DNA from: Folioceros fuciformis | Taxonomy: Eukaryota | Length of the DNA: 64,000 bases | Assembly (NCBI GenBank): GCA_049999805.1 | Contig: JBNGIO010006046.1 | Coordinates: 1 to 64,000, forward strand | Reading direction: 5' to 3' | Part shown: positions 1 through 10,400 of the stretch, piece by piece | How the letters are laid out: each line of letters opens with the position of its first letter | How positions within the stretch are numbered: the first letter of the stretch is position 1 | Notes under the pieces: generated by a model | Seen by the model: only the letters and a program-made list of their open reading frames with translations | Told to the model about the DNA's origin: nothing | The model's database searches: none | Made by a program: the position numbers and the translations under genes

Positions 1-269
1 CCACACCCACTGGCCGCCCTAACATCAGCTCAAGAAACCCTTGAGTCATGAAATTGGAGTGACAACCTGGAGTTGTTTCCATGTGGAGGAACATCCGCGC
101 TCCTACTTGATTGCTTCTTGCAAGGTACACATCCACATCACACAGTCTGCAGAAAAGTTGAGGAGCACAACTTGAATTGTGCACCTCCAAGCCCAACAGT
201 TACCTACACGTCGGCTGGTCGCAATCTGCCCGGCCGTCCTCTTCAGTAGGGCCTATATGTTGCTTACGG

Positions 270-590
270 TGTGCTTGCCTAGCTTGTAATTGCGGGGACC
301 TCATGGGTACCTCGACAACATTGTAGTTCCCCTTATGTAATTTGGTCGCCAAAAAAGGTCCTCGAAACCTGGCTTGTTTGTTATCCCTGGTGGCGTTGCA
401 CCTCATGAGCTCAGGGTGACACTGTGCGCTTACCTAGCCTATAATCGCGGGGACCTCATGGCTACCGTGACTGTGCTGTAGTTCCCCTTGAGCAATGTGG
501 TCACCAAAAAAGGTCCTCAAAACCTGGCTTGTTTGTTGTCCCTGGTGGCGTTGTAGCTCAGGGTGATTGCCTAGCCTACAATCGCGGTGT
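270..590. repeat. Degenerate ~155-bp tandem duplication
   Basis: GCGGGGACCTCATGG...TGTAGTTCCCCTT...CCAAAAAAGGTCCTC...AAACCTGGCTTGTTTGTT.TCCCTGGTGGCGTTG occurs twice about 155 bp apart. Confidence 0.7.
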
Positions 591-2058
591 CGCGCTCTTG
601 GCTACTTCATCACAACTGCACGAAGCCCTCATGCCTACGTTCACTTTGCTTGCTAGAAAAATCCACTCTCAAACTCCTTGTCGTCCCCTGACTCCTTGCC
701 TAGCTCATAAGATTGTTCCTCCAATCTATGGAATAGATAGAACTTTCTATCTCTTTTTCAATAATAGAAAATTCAATAATAGAAAATAAATAATCTCAAG
801 GTATAATTATCTTCTATATTACTAACTATATATATCACTAACAGTAAAAAAAAATGAATAAATGAGATAATAAATTTATATTATATTATGTATAGATATA
901 TTTAAAAACAATAAGCATACTTAACATCAACTCTTATTTTGTCTACTACACTTACAAACCCTTCATTACATATTCTAAAACCAAAGTTGTCTTTTACCTA
1001 ACTTACTAACTCTCTTGAGTTTAGATGTGGAAACCTATCATAACTTTTTTTTATATGATCTTTTATCTTATTTTATCTCACCTAGTATATTTCAATATAT
1101 TTTAAATTATTCTAAAAAAATTAAAGTCCTAAACTAAATAAAGAGTTAGACTACGCATTCAGCATGAGGATCAAATACTTTATTAAAATATATATAAATA
1201 TACTCGTTTTAAGAAAACAATACCACAACAGCAAACGGACTTGGCCCCCATAGGACTAGGCCCACCCTTGCGATTATACTATACTAGGNNNNNNNNNNTG
1301 GCCCCCATAGGACTAGGCCCACCCTTGCGATTATACTATACTAGGTGGATTATAGTATAGTATGGTGGTCTGGTCCCCAACTTTGCAAAGTCATTTGCAT
1401 AAGCTATGATTTCCCTTCATTGGGATACCCTTCATTGATATGTTTTCCTCAAGGTTGGAGGCTTCGTTGGAACCCAATGATAAACCAGATTAGCTATGTC
1501 TTTCTCTAGAGACAGCGATGCCGCAACTCCTCCCTTTCGATCGCCTTCATCCGAGCTTAGCGGTGCTCTTGCTTACCTGCCCGGGGTACTGCTTGTAAGT
1601 TAAAGCCATTCCAGAGATGTCAAGTCCTGATGCTGAAATTCAGTGACAACCAAGGGAACTTCCCTCACTCCAGTCCTAACGCGGTACTTCAGTGACAACC
1701 AAGAGAACTTCTGTTTCCTGCCGTGAGGTTGAACAGGTTTGCCACTTCCAAAACATTGTTGCTGCAGTGGAGTTCCCGTGAGAACAAAAACTGCACTGCG
1801 CGGTACACCATGATACAAAGAGACGCCAGTGACGGATGACGTAGAACGGTTGACCAGAACGTTGTGCCGCATCAGACCGACCAGGGAACCAGGACACCAG
1901 GAGCAGCGCGTCCCCTTCCGATCCCGCTCCCGTTCCCGCTTCCCCGGTTCCATCCATCACACATCTTCCTCCACCTACCCGCAGCAGCCGCGCCTCAAGC
2001 GCCCTTTCGCACGGCAAAAGGCAGGCGATGTCCGTGCGCTGCGGCCGAGTCACATGAT

Positions 2059-2295
2059 TCAGCCAGACTCGCTGTTGAAGCTCCTGGCGCTACCCGCGAA
2101 GCTGGCTCCGAAGCTCCTCCCATGGAAACTGCCACCGAATCTGGAGCTCCCCATGGTTATCAAGGAAGACACCGAGTGCAGCAGCTTGCAGGCAATGGCG
2201 GCCTTGATATCTCCTCTCTTGCGCCGGCGCAGAGACTTGCCTGCCGCCGACCTTGCCAGCGTTCCAGTCCTCTCCGACAGATCCATGTGAGCCAT
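2059..2295 (-). CDS. Candidate 78-aa basic microprotein, resembling small uncharacterised plant proteins with an RG(Q/D)IKxxIxxxLxxSV motif
   Basis: ATG-initiated, GC-rich ORF containing RRRKRGDIKAAIACKLLHSVSSL followed by a G/S/F-rich tail. The family resemblance is from memory, not a search. Confidence 0.5.
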   Translation of the reverse strand: MAHMDLSERTGTLARSAAGKSLRRRKRGDIKAAIACKLLHSVSSLITMGSSRFGGSFHGRSFGASFAGSARSFNSESG

Positions 2296-3414
2296 GCCGA
2301 TGCTGAAGCCGCGGTAGATTAGTACTCGAGCGCGCTTTCACCGTTGAGCAACCAGTGTCTCCACAAACAAGACGCCGACGGTGATCGTGAACTTAATCTT
2401 GCTGGATGCTCGAAACAAGTGCCGCAACCCCGGGACGCTTCCTGAGCAAATAAAAGAGGAGAGGCAAGTGAGGATCCAGACGCCGGAGGAATGAGCGGGA
2501 ACCTTGGATGCGGCTGACAGTGAGACAAAGGCGGGATCACAGCGTCCCGCACTGTGTACCACCGAATTACAAGAAGGCAGCAGAGTGTGACGCGCGTCAG
2601 AAAATCAGAGCTCCCTCCCTAAGCTGACACGGATTGGCCGCCGTAGCATCTAGATACATACATACAATTCCATACTCAGGTGCCTCAATGGTGCAACGGA
2701 TAAGAGAAATACGTTGGGACAGCACGTGGCACCCGCAGTCAGGTTTGAGCCCCGTATGCTCTATTTAGGTTTTCGAATGGGAAAGAGAATAAGGATCCTA
2801 TGGCGTATAGATTTTTTCTTACTATATCGATCTCGCCAACACCTCACGCTCCCAAGTGTTCTTCTTCAGTTTTAGTATATGAGCCAGTAGTTTTTCATAC
2901 TCTTACATTATACCAAGTTGCATATATAGTGTATACATATAAAAAAATAAAAAAATTATTCCGTACAGTTAAGCTTGTACGAGACTTGTCGGTCTGCTAC
3001 CGATTTTGTGCCTAGGAAAGGAAATGTGACGATATCTTATCCATGTGTGTAAGTGAACGGGTCTGGTGACTGACTGCAGGCCAGAGGATGACATACTGGA
3101 CATGGAGTCTGATATCTCCAACGCAAGTTAGTCCGTTGTATGTAGAAGAAAATCTGATGGTTTTTGAGTCGATGAAGAAAACAAAACGAAACTCTCCGAC
3201 CCCGGGCTGTGTGGATTCCCATGCCTTGTTTGGGAGCTTTGACACAGGTTGTTGATTTGTGTGTGCAGCGGGGGCCGAGGGGACCTTCAAGGCGGGTTTT
3301 ATGTTGGAAGTTCTGGCAATGCAGAGCTGGGGATGAGGACTAGTGTAATGCAGGTGGATGTAACATGGGTTTTGAAATTGATGGAGGCTTACAACAGACG
3401 GTACAGTGTACGCC

Positions 3415-6400
3415 ATGCCAGTCATGAGACTGTCAGATGTTGTTATGGATGTGTCCTGCTCCTATGGACTTTACGAGCTTCCTGCGAGGTTGCCAAATTC
3501 ATGGTCCTGCGCCGTTCACCTCATGTCATCGACAAGAGTGAGTCAGGGGGTATCTGTGACTGCTGTGTATAGCTCCAACTGGAGGCTGCCGGATTCAGGG
3601 GTTGGTAAGACTGCAGGATTTGAAGGGGGTGTGACAGGCGAAACCGTGAGAAATTTGTGTGATGAAGGCCATGTCAAGGAAGCTGTTGAGGCATTGGGAG
3701 TTCTGGTGCAGGCGGGCTACAGTGTTTCCAAAGCCGTCTTTTATGCTGTTTTGAAGAGTTGTGTGAGAAAGAAGGATCTAGTTCTAGGTCGCCGGGTCCA
3801 TGCTTTCATCGTGCTAAATGGGTACCATACTGACACCTTCCTGGGCAACCACGTTCTGCGAATGTATGCTTCTCATGGCAGGTTGCAAGACGCAATGGAG
3901 GTTTTCACCCTAGTTGACACACCAGATTGCTTCACCTGGTCTGCGATTATTTCTACGCATGTTAAACAGGGACAAGACAAGTGCGCCATACAACTGTATC
4001 ATCGGATGCGCAGGTCAGGTGTGGGGCCAGACGGCCATGTGTTTGTGGCAGCCCTGCAGGCTTGTGCAAGCGAATCAGACTTGGAAACTGGCCAGCAGGT
4101 GCATGCTGATGTGTTGGCCAGTGGCGCTGTGTCGAATTTATTTGTCTGCAATTGCTTGGTGAGCATGTATGCAAAATGCGGCAGCTTAAGAGATGCTCGA
4201 AGAGTGTTTGATGGTGTGGCTGTGAAGGATGCGGTGACGTGGAATGCCATGATAGCAGGATATTCCCAGCAGGGCATGGGCCAGGAGGCTCTTCGTCTGT
4301 ACGGTTTAATGCAAGAAGAAGGCAGTGCTGTGCCAAATTCCGTGACATTTGTCTGCCTTCTGCAGGCATGTGCGAGTGTGGGCACCCCCGCTTTGGAGAT
4401 GGGAAAGAAGCTGCATGTGGACATTGCCGAACAAGGATATCGAGCTGATGAGTCTGTCGCCAGCAGTTTGGTGAACATGTATGCAAAATGTGGCAGCTTG
4501 GAAGATGCTCAGAGAGTGTTTGACGGACTCTCTCGGAAGGAAGTAGTGACGTGGACTGCTCTAATCGCTGGGTATTCTCAGCATGGCATGGGACAAGAAG
4601 CGCTTCGTCTATACAGTGTTATGCGAGAAGAAGGTATTGCTGTACCCAATTCCGTGACCTTTGTGTGCCTCCTACAGGCATGTGCAAGTGTGGCTACCCA
4701 GGGTTTGGAGATGGGGAAGCAGCTGCATGCAGAAATCCGAGATAAAGGGCTTGAAGCGGATTTGTTCGTAGCCAGTGGCTTGGTGAACATGTATGCAAAG
4801 TGCGGCAGCTTAGAAGATGCACAGAGCGTCTTTGACGGGCTTGGTGAAAAAGATCATGTGACGTGGACTTCCCTAATGGCAGGGTACTCCCAGCAAGGCA
4901 TGGGACAGGAAGCCCTACGTCTCTACCGTAGAATGCAGGCAGAAGGTATTGCAAAGCCAAATTCTGTGACATTTGTGTGCCTTCTGCAGGCATGTGCGAG
5001 TGTCGGCCACTCAGCACTGGAGATGGGGAAGGAGCTCCATGCAGAGATTACAGATCAAGGATATCAAGCGAATGATTTTGTAGCTAGCAGTTTGGTGAAC
5101 ATGTATGCGAAGTGTGGTAGCATGGAGGATGCTCAGAGCGTGTTTGACAGACTTTGTAAAAAAGATGGTGTCACGTGGAGTGCTTTAATTGCAGGGTATT
5201 CCCAGCACGGAATGGGGAAAGAAGCCCTTCGTCACTACAGTGCGATGAAAGAAGAAGGAATGGCTGAACTCAATTCCACGACACTAGTCTGCCTCATGCA
5301 AGCATGCTCTAGTGTGGGTACCCCAGCTTTGGAGACAGGAAAGCAGCTTCATAGAGGGATTAGAGAACGAGGGCATCAAGATGACGTTTTTTTAGCCAGC
5401 AGCTTGATCAGCATGTACGCAAAGTGTGGCAGCTTGCAAGATGCCCAGAGAGTATTTGATCAACTTGGTGAAAAGGATGTGGTGACATGGAATGCCATGA
5501 TAGCAGGATATTCACAGCAGGGCATGGGCCAGGAAGCACTTCGTCTTTACAGTGCTATGCAAGAAGGCGTCTGTGTACCTGACTCTGTGACGTTTCTGTG
5601 CATTTTGCAGGCATGTGCAAGTATGGGCACCCTGGCGCTAGAGAAGGGGAAGCAGCTTCATGTGCAGATCAGAGAAAGAGGACATGAAGCCGACGTGTGT
5701 GTAGCCAACAGTTTGGTTAATATGTATGCAAAGTGTGGCAGCTTGAAAGACGCCCAGAGAGTGTTTGATGCCCTTTGTGTGAAGGACGTTGTGACATGGA
5801 ATGTATTGATAGCGGGATACTCCCAGCGGGGCATGGGCCAGGAAGCTCTTCGGCTGTACAGTGTCATGCAAGATGAGAGTATCGATGCACCAGATGCTGT
5901 GACATTTGCGTGTCTCCTCCAGGCATGTGCAAGTTTGGGTACCCCGGCTCTAGAGATGGGCAAGCACCTGAATGCGCGGGTTAGCGAACAAGGTTACCTT
6001 TCTGATGTGTTTGTGGCCAACAGTTTGGTGCACATGTATGCGAAGTGTGGCGGCCTTGATGATGCGCAGCGAGTATTTGATGGGCTCGGTCAAAAGGATG
6101 TGGTGACTTGGACTGCTCTAATTGCAGGGTACTCCCAGCAGGGAATGGGACAGGAAGCCCTTCGACTCTACAGAGCTATGCAAGGAGGAGTGAGTGTCCC
6201 AAATTCCATTACGTTCGTGTGCCTTCTGCAGGCATGTGCAGATGTGGCAGCTCTGGATCTGGGAAGGCAGCTACATGCACAGATTGAAGAACAAGGGCTT
6301 CAAGGTGACTTGATTTTAGCCGGCAGTTTGATAAACATGTACGGAAAGGCTGGCAGTATGTTCGATGCACAGCAAGTGTTTGATGCTTTGCCTGAAAAGG

Positions 6401-7092
6401 ACATTGTCACCTGGAGTGCAATGATTGCAGGCTACACGTCCCAAGGAGACAGTGACGTCGTCTTCGCCCTGCTCCAGAAAATGATAGAGGATGGCAGACA
6501 ACCCGTCGGCATCACTTTCCTCAGTGTACTAACAGTTTGCAGTCATGCCGGTCTAGTGAACCAGGGGAGGGAGTACTTCGAGGCTATGGGAAGAGACTTC
6601 AGCATCACGCCAACAGTGGAGCATTACACTTGTATGGTTGATCTCCTGGGCCGTGCAGGCAAACTGGATGAGGCACTGGCTTTGCTGAGAACCAGTCCGA
6701 TATTGCCTAATGCTGCAGTTTGGCACACGCTGTTGGGTGCCTGTCGAAAGTGGAGCAATGTAGAGGTGGGACATCATGCTTTCACGGAAGCCTTGAAGCT
6801 AGATAAGGAAGATGCTGCAGCATATATGCTGATGTCGAACGTATACACTAGTGCGCAGATGTGGGAGGAGGCACAGAAGTTACAGAATATGAGAATAATC
6901 ACCAAGGTATGGAAGCAGCCGGGTCAAAGTTGGTGGACAGACATGGACGGCCTTGTGCATAGTTTTCTAGTTGGGGATACCAAGCCTGTAGACATCCAAG
7001 CGAGGTCCCAAAGAGTTGTCAGAATGGAAAGGCAGGTACATGTGCCCCAACTCGGGGCGCACATATCCGATGATAGTCACAAATGTGTTTGA
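3415..7092 (+). CDS. PLS-class PPR protein (29 PLS motifs + E1/E2 + WW-type PG box, DYW truncated); putative organellar RNA-editing factor
   Basis: Long uninterrupted ORF (track start 3406 is GTG; first ATG 3415). Repeating S (LVNMYAKCGSLEDA), P (VVTWTALIAGY) and L/LL (VTFVCLLQAC) motifs; P2-L2-S2 (TFLSVLTVCSHAG, EHYTCMVDLLGRAG); E1 WHTLLGAC; PGQSWWTD...HSFLVGD. Confidence 0.95.
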   Translation: MPVMRLSDVVMDVSCSYGLYELPARLPNSWSCAVHLMSSTRVSQGVSVTAVYSSNWRLPDSGVGKTAGFEGGVTGETVRNLCDEGHVKEAVEALGVLVQAGYSVSKAVFYAVLKSCVRKKDLVLGRRVHAFIVLNGYHTDTFLGNHVLRMYASHGRLQDAMEVFTLVDTPDCFTWSAIISTHVKQGQDKCAIQLYHRMRRSGVGPDGHVFVAALQACASESDLETGQQVHADVLASGAVSNLFVCNCLVSMYAKCGSLRDARRVFDGVAVKDAVTWNAMIAGYSQQGMGQEALRLYGLMQEEGSAVPNSVTFVCLLQACASVGTPALEMGKKLHVDIAEQGYRADESVASSLVNMYAKCGSLEDAQRVFDGLSRKEVVTWTALIAGYSQHGMGQEALRLYSVMREEGIAVPNSVTFVCLLQACASVATQGLEMGKQLHAEIRDKGLEADLFVASGLVNMYAKCGSLEDAQSVFDGLGEKDHVTWTSLMAGYSQQGMGQEALRLYRRMQAEGIAKPNSVTFVCLLQACASVGHSALEMGKELHAEITDQGYQANDFVASSLVNMYAKCGSMEDAQSVFDRLCKKDGVTWSALIAGYSQHGMGKEALRHYSAMKEEGMAELNSTTLVCLMQACSSVGTPALETGKQLHRGIRERGHQDDVFLASSLISMYAKCGSLQDAQRVFDQLGEKDVVTWNAMIAGYSQQGMGQEALRLYSAMQEGVCVPDSVTFLCILQACASMGTLALEKGKQLHVQIRERGHEADVCVANSLVNMYAKCGSLKDAQRVFDALCVKDVVTWNVLIAGYSQRGMGQEALRLYSVMQDESIDAPDAVTFACLLQACASLGTPALEMGKHLNARVSEQGYLSDVFVANSLVHMYAKCGGLDDAQRVFDGLGQKDVVTWTALIAGYSQQGMGQEALRLYRAMQGGVSVPNSITFVCLLQACADVAALDLGRQLHAQIEEQGLQGDLILAGSLINMYGKAGSMFDAQQVFDALPEKDIVTWSAMIAGYTSQGDSDVVFALLQKMIEDGRQPVGITFLSVLTVCSHAGLVNQGREYFEAMGRDFSITPTVEHYTCMVDLLGRAGKLDEALALLRTSPILPNAAVWHTLLGACRKWSNVEVGHHAFTEALKLDKEDAAAYMLMSNVYTSAQMWEEAQKLQNMRIITKVWKQPGQSWWTDMDGLVHSFLVGDTKPVDIQARSQRVVRMERQVHVPQLGAHISDDSHKCV

Positions 7093-7471
7093 ACTACACA
7101 GCAAGAAGCTGGCGACCGTCAACATAAATCTTGTGGAGTGGGCAAACGCATCTATGTCATCCATTGCTATTGAGTGATATGTTAAGCATCTTTTCTACAA
7201 TATGTGCAAACCGTCTTTCGCATCGTGTTTGGGGCATGGTTTGCCCGGAGTTCTGGTAGGGACTTACTGATGGCAAGGGACACAGAGAACCCTTGGGAAC
7301 CTGTCCTGAGCGAGTGGCGGTTCCTTTTCTAAGGTCATATAACATCTGGCGAGTCGGCTACTCCACCTCTGGAGCCAGTCATCGCACATACCTTCACACT
7401 CGCAGAGATCACGTATCAAGATATCACCGATGACTGAGTCCAGATGTGGCAAACATCCTTGCTACATCTCT

Positions 7472-10400
7472 TCAGAAATTGCCTGTTTCAACCTTGCCTT
7501 GAGTCTCAGCTTTTTGGTGGGGGACAAGATGCCCGACATGTTTCTTATCCCCCACCAGGAAACTGTGAACCAATCCGTCCATGTCTGTCCACCAGCTTTG
7601 ACCGGGCAGCTTCCATGCCCCGAGTTTTCGTCTCATCACCTGCATCTCCTTTGCCTGGTCCCGCATCTGGAGACCGTAGATGTTTGACATCAACACGTAT
7701 GCTGCGGCATCCTTGTTGTCGAGCTTCACTGCTTCACTGAAAGCATGGGACCCCACCTCAACGTTGCTCCACTTTCGGCAGGCGCCCAACAGTGTATGCC
7801 AAATTCCAGCATTGGGCTGCACAGGCATCGTCCTCACCAGACCTAGAGCCTCGCCCAGTTGGCCTGCACGGCCCAGGAGATCCACCATGCATGTAAAATG
7901 CTCCAGAGTGGGAGTGATGTCGTAGTGTCTCGTCATGTTGTCAAGGTAATCTCTACCATTTTGTACGAGACCCGCATGACTACATACGGTCAGTACACTA
8001 AGAAAAGTGACGCCGATTGGCTGCAAGCCTCTCTCCGTCATTTTATGAACCAGATCAAAGACCAGTTCACTGTCCCCTTGACAGGCGTAACCTGCAATCA
8101 GGGCACTCCAGGCGACAACATCTCTCTCAGGACACGCGTCAAACAACTGCTGTGCTTCAACCATGCTACCAGACTTTCCATACATGTTTATCAAACTTCC
8201 AGCCACAAACGCATCAGCTTGAAGGCCCTGCTCTTCAATCTGTGAATGTAACTGCCTTCCTAGGTTCAAAGCAGCCACACTCGCGCATGAATGCAGGAGG
8301 GACACAAATGTCAGGGGATCAGTTACAGTAATGCCATCTTTTTGCATAGCATTGTAGAGGTAAAGCGCTTCCTGAGCCAGTCCCTCCTGGGAGTATCCTG
8401 CAATTAGAGTAGTCCACATCACCACATCTTTTTGACCAGCTCCATCAAAGACTCTTCGAGCATCTCTCAAGCTTCCACATTTTGCATACATGTTAATCAA
8501 ACTGTTGGTTACATATACGTCAGCTTGATGTCCATGATCCTTGATTTGTATATGAAGCTGCTTCCCATTCTCCAATGCCGCAGTGCCTATAATCGCACAT
8601 GCATGCAGGAGGCACACAAATGTCACAGGATTGGGTGTGGCGATGCCTTCATCTTGCATTTCTTTGTAGAGGTGAAGAGCTTGCTCGCCCATGCCCTTCT
8701 GGGAGTATCCTCCAATTAGACCAGTCCATGTCACGACATCTTTTTCGGCAAGCGTGTCGAACACTCTTTGAGCATCCTCTAGACTGCCACACTTGGCATA
8801 CATGTTCACTAAACTGTTGGCCATGGACACATCAGTTTGTAGTTCTCGTTCTCTGATTTGTGCGTGAAGCCGCCTCCCCTTGTCCAAGGCCGGGGTGCCC
8901 ACACTTGCACATGCCTGCAGAAGGCACACAAATGTCACGGAATTGGGAACTTGGATTCCTTCTTCTTCCATTGCACTGTAGAGCTTAAGGGCTTCCTGGC
9001 CCATTCCCTGCTGGGAATAGCCTCCGATCATGGCAGTCCAAGTCCACACATTTTTCATACCAAGACCATCAAACACACTCTGTGCATCTTCCAAGTTGCC
9101 ACACTTTGCATACATGTTTATCAAACTGCTAGCTACAAACACATCAGCTTGATGTCCTCGTTCTCTGATCTGCATATGAAGTTGCTTCCCCCTATGCAGA
9201 CCCAGGGTGCCCAGATCTGAACATGCCTGCAGGAGGCATACAAATGTTGCAGGATCGGGCACTGCCATTCCTCGCTCTTGCATAACACTGTGAAGACTAA
9301 GAGCTTCTTGGCCCATGCCTTGCTGGGAATATGCTGCTATCATTGCGTTCCACATCACCTCATCTTCTTGACCTAGTCGTTCAAACAGTCTATCAGCATC
9401 TTCCAGGCAGCCACATTTTGCATACATGTTCACCAAACTGCTGCCCACACAGACCTCAACTTCCTGTCCTTGTCCTTTGACTTGAGCATGAAGCTGCTTG
9501 CCCATGTCCAAAGCTGAGGAGCCCATAATTGCACATGCCTGCAGTAGGCAAACAAATGTAACAGAATTGGGTACAGAGATGCCTTCTTCCAGCATAATCT
9601 GGTACATACGAAGGGCTTCCTGACCTCTGCCGTGCTGCGTATACCCTGCCATAAGAGCAGTCCACGTCACCACATCTTTTTCATCAAGTCCATCAAACAA
9701 CTGTTGGGCATCTTCCAAACTTCCACACTTCGCATACATGTTTACCAAACTGTTGGCTACGAGCACATCAGCTTCATGCCCTCGTTCTCGGATCTCTGTG
9801 TGAAGCTCCTTCCCCGTCTCCAAAGCCTGGGTGCCGATATTTGCACATGCCTGCAAGAGGCTCACAAAGGTCAATGAATCTGGTTCAGCTATACCTTCTT
9901 CTTGCATATCACTGTAAAGACAAAGAGCTTCCCGCCCCAAGCTGTGGTGGGAATATGCTGATATCATCGCATTCCATGTTCCCACATCTCTGCTCCCAAG
10001 TTCTTCAAATACTCTCGTAGCGTCCTCTATGCTGCCACACTTTGCATACATGTTGACCAAACTGCTTGCTACGTGGAGGTCAGCTTCATGTCCCTGTTCT
10101 CTAATCTGCACATGAAGTTCCTTCCCCTTCTGAAAAGCTGAGACGCCCACATTCGCACATGCTTGCAGAAGGCACACAAACGTCACAGAATTTGGGACAG
10201 CCATGCCTTCATGTTGCATAGTGCTGTAACGACTAAGGGCCTCCTGGCCCATGCCCTTCTGGGCATACCCTGCGATTAGCGAAGTCCATGTAACCACGTC
10301 TTTTTTGTCAAGTCCGTCAAACACTCTTTGAGCATCTTCCACGCTGCCGCACTTTGCATACATGTCCACCAAACTGCTGGCTACAAACATGTCAGCTTGA

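Noticed and set aside
1240-1345. Duplicated sequence on both sides of 10-N gaps (also 25720, 51055, 53063, 54648)
   Set aside because: Likely scaffolding artefacts or collapsed repeats
6900-6980. PPRs as U-to-C (DYW:KP / GRP / DRH type) editors
   Set aside because: The PG box is WW type and no intact deaminase or KP-type motif is present
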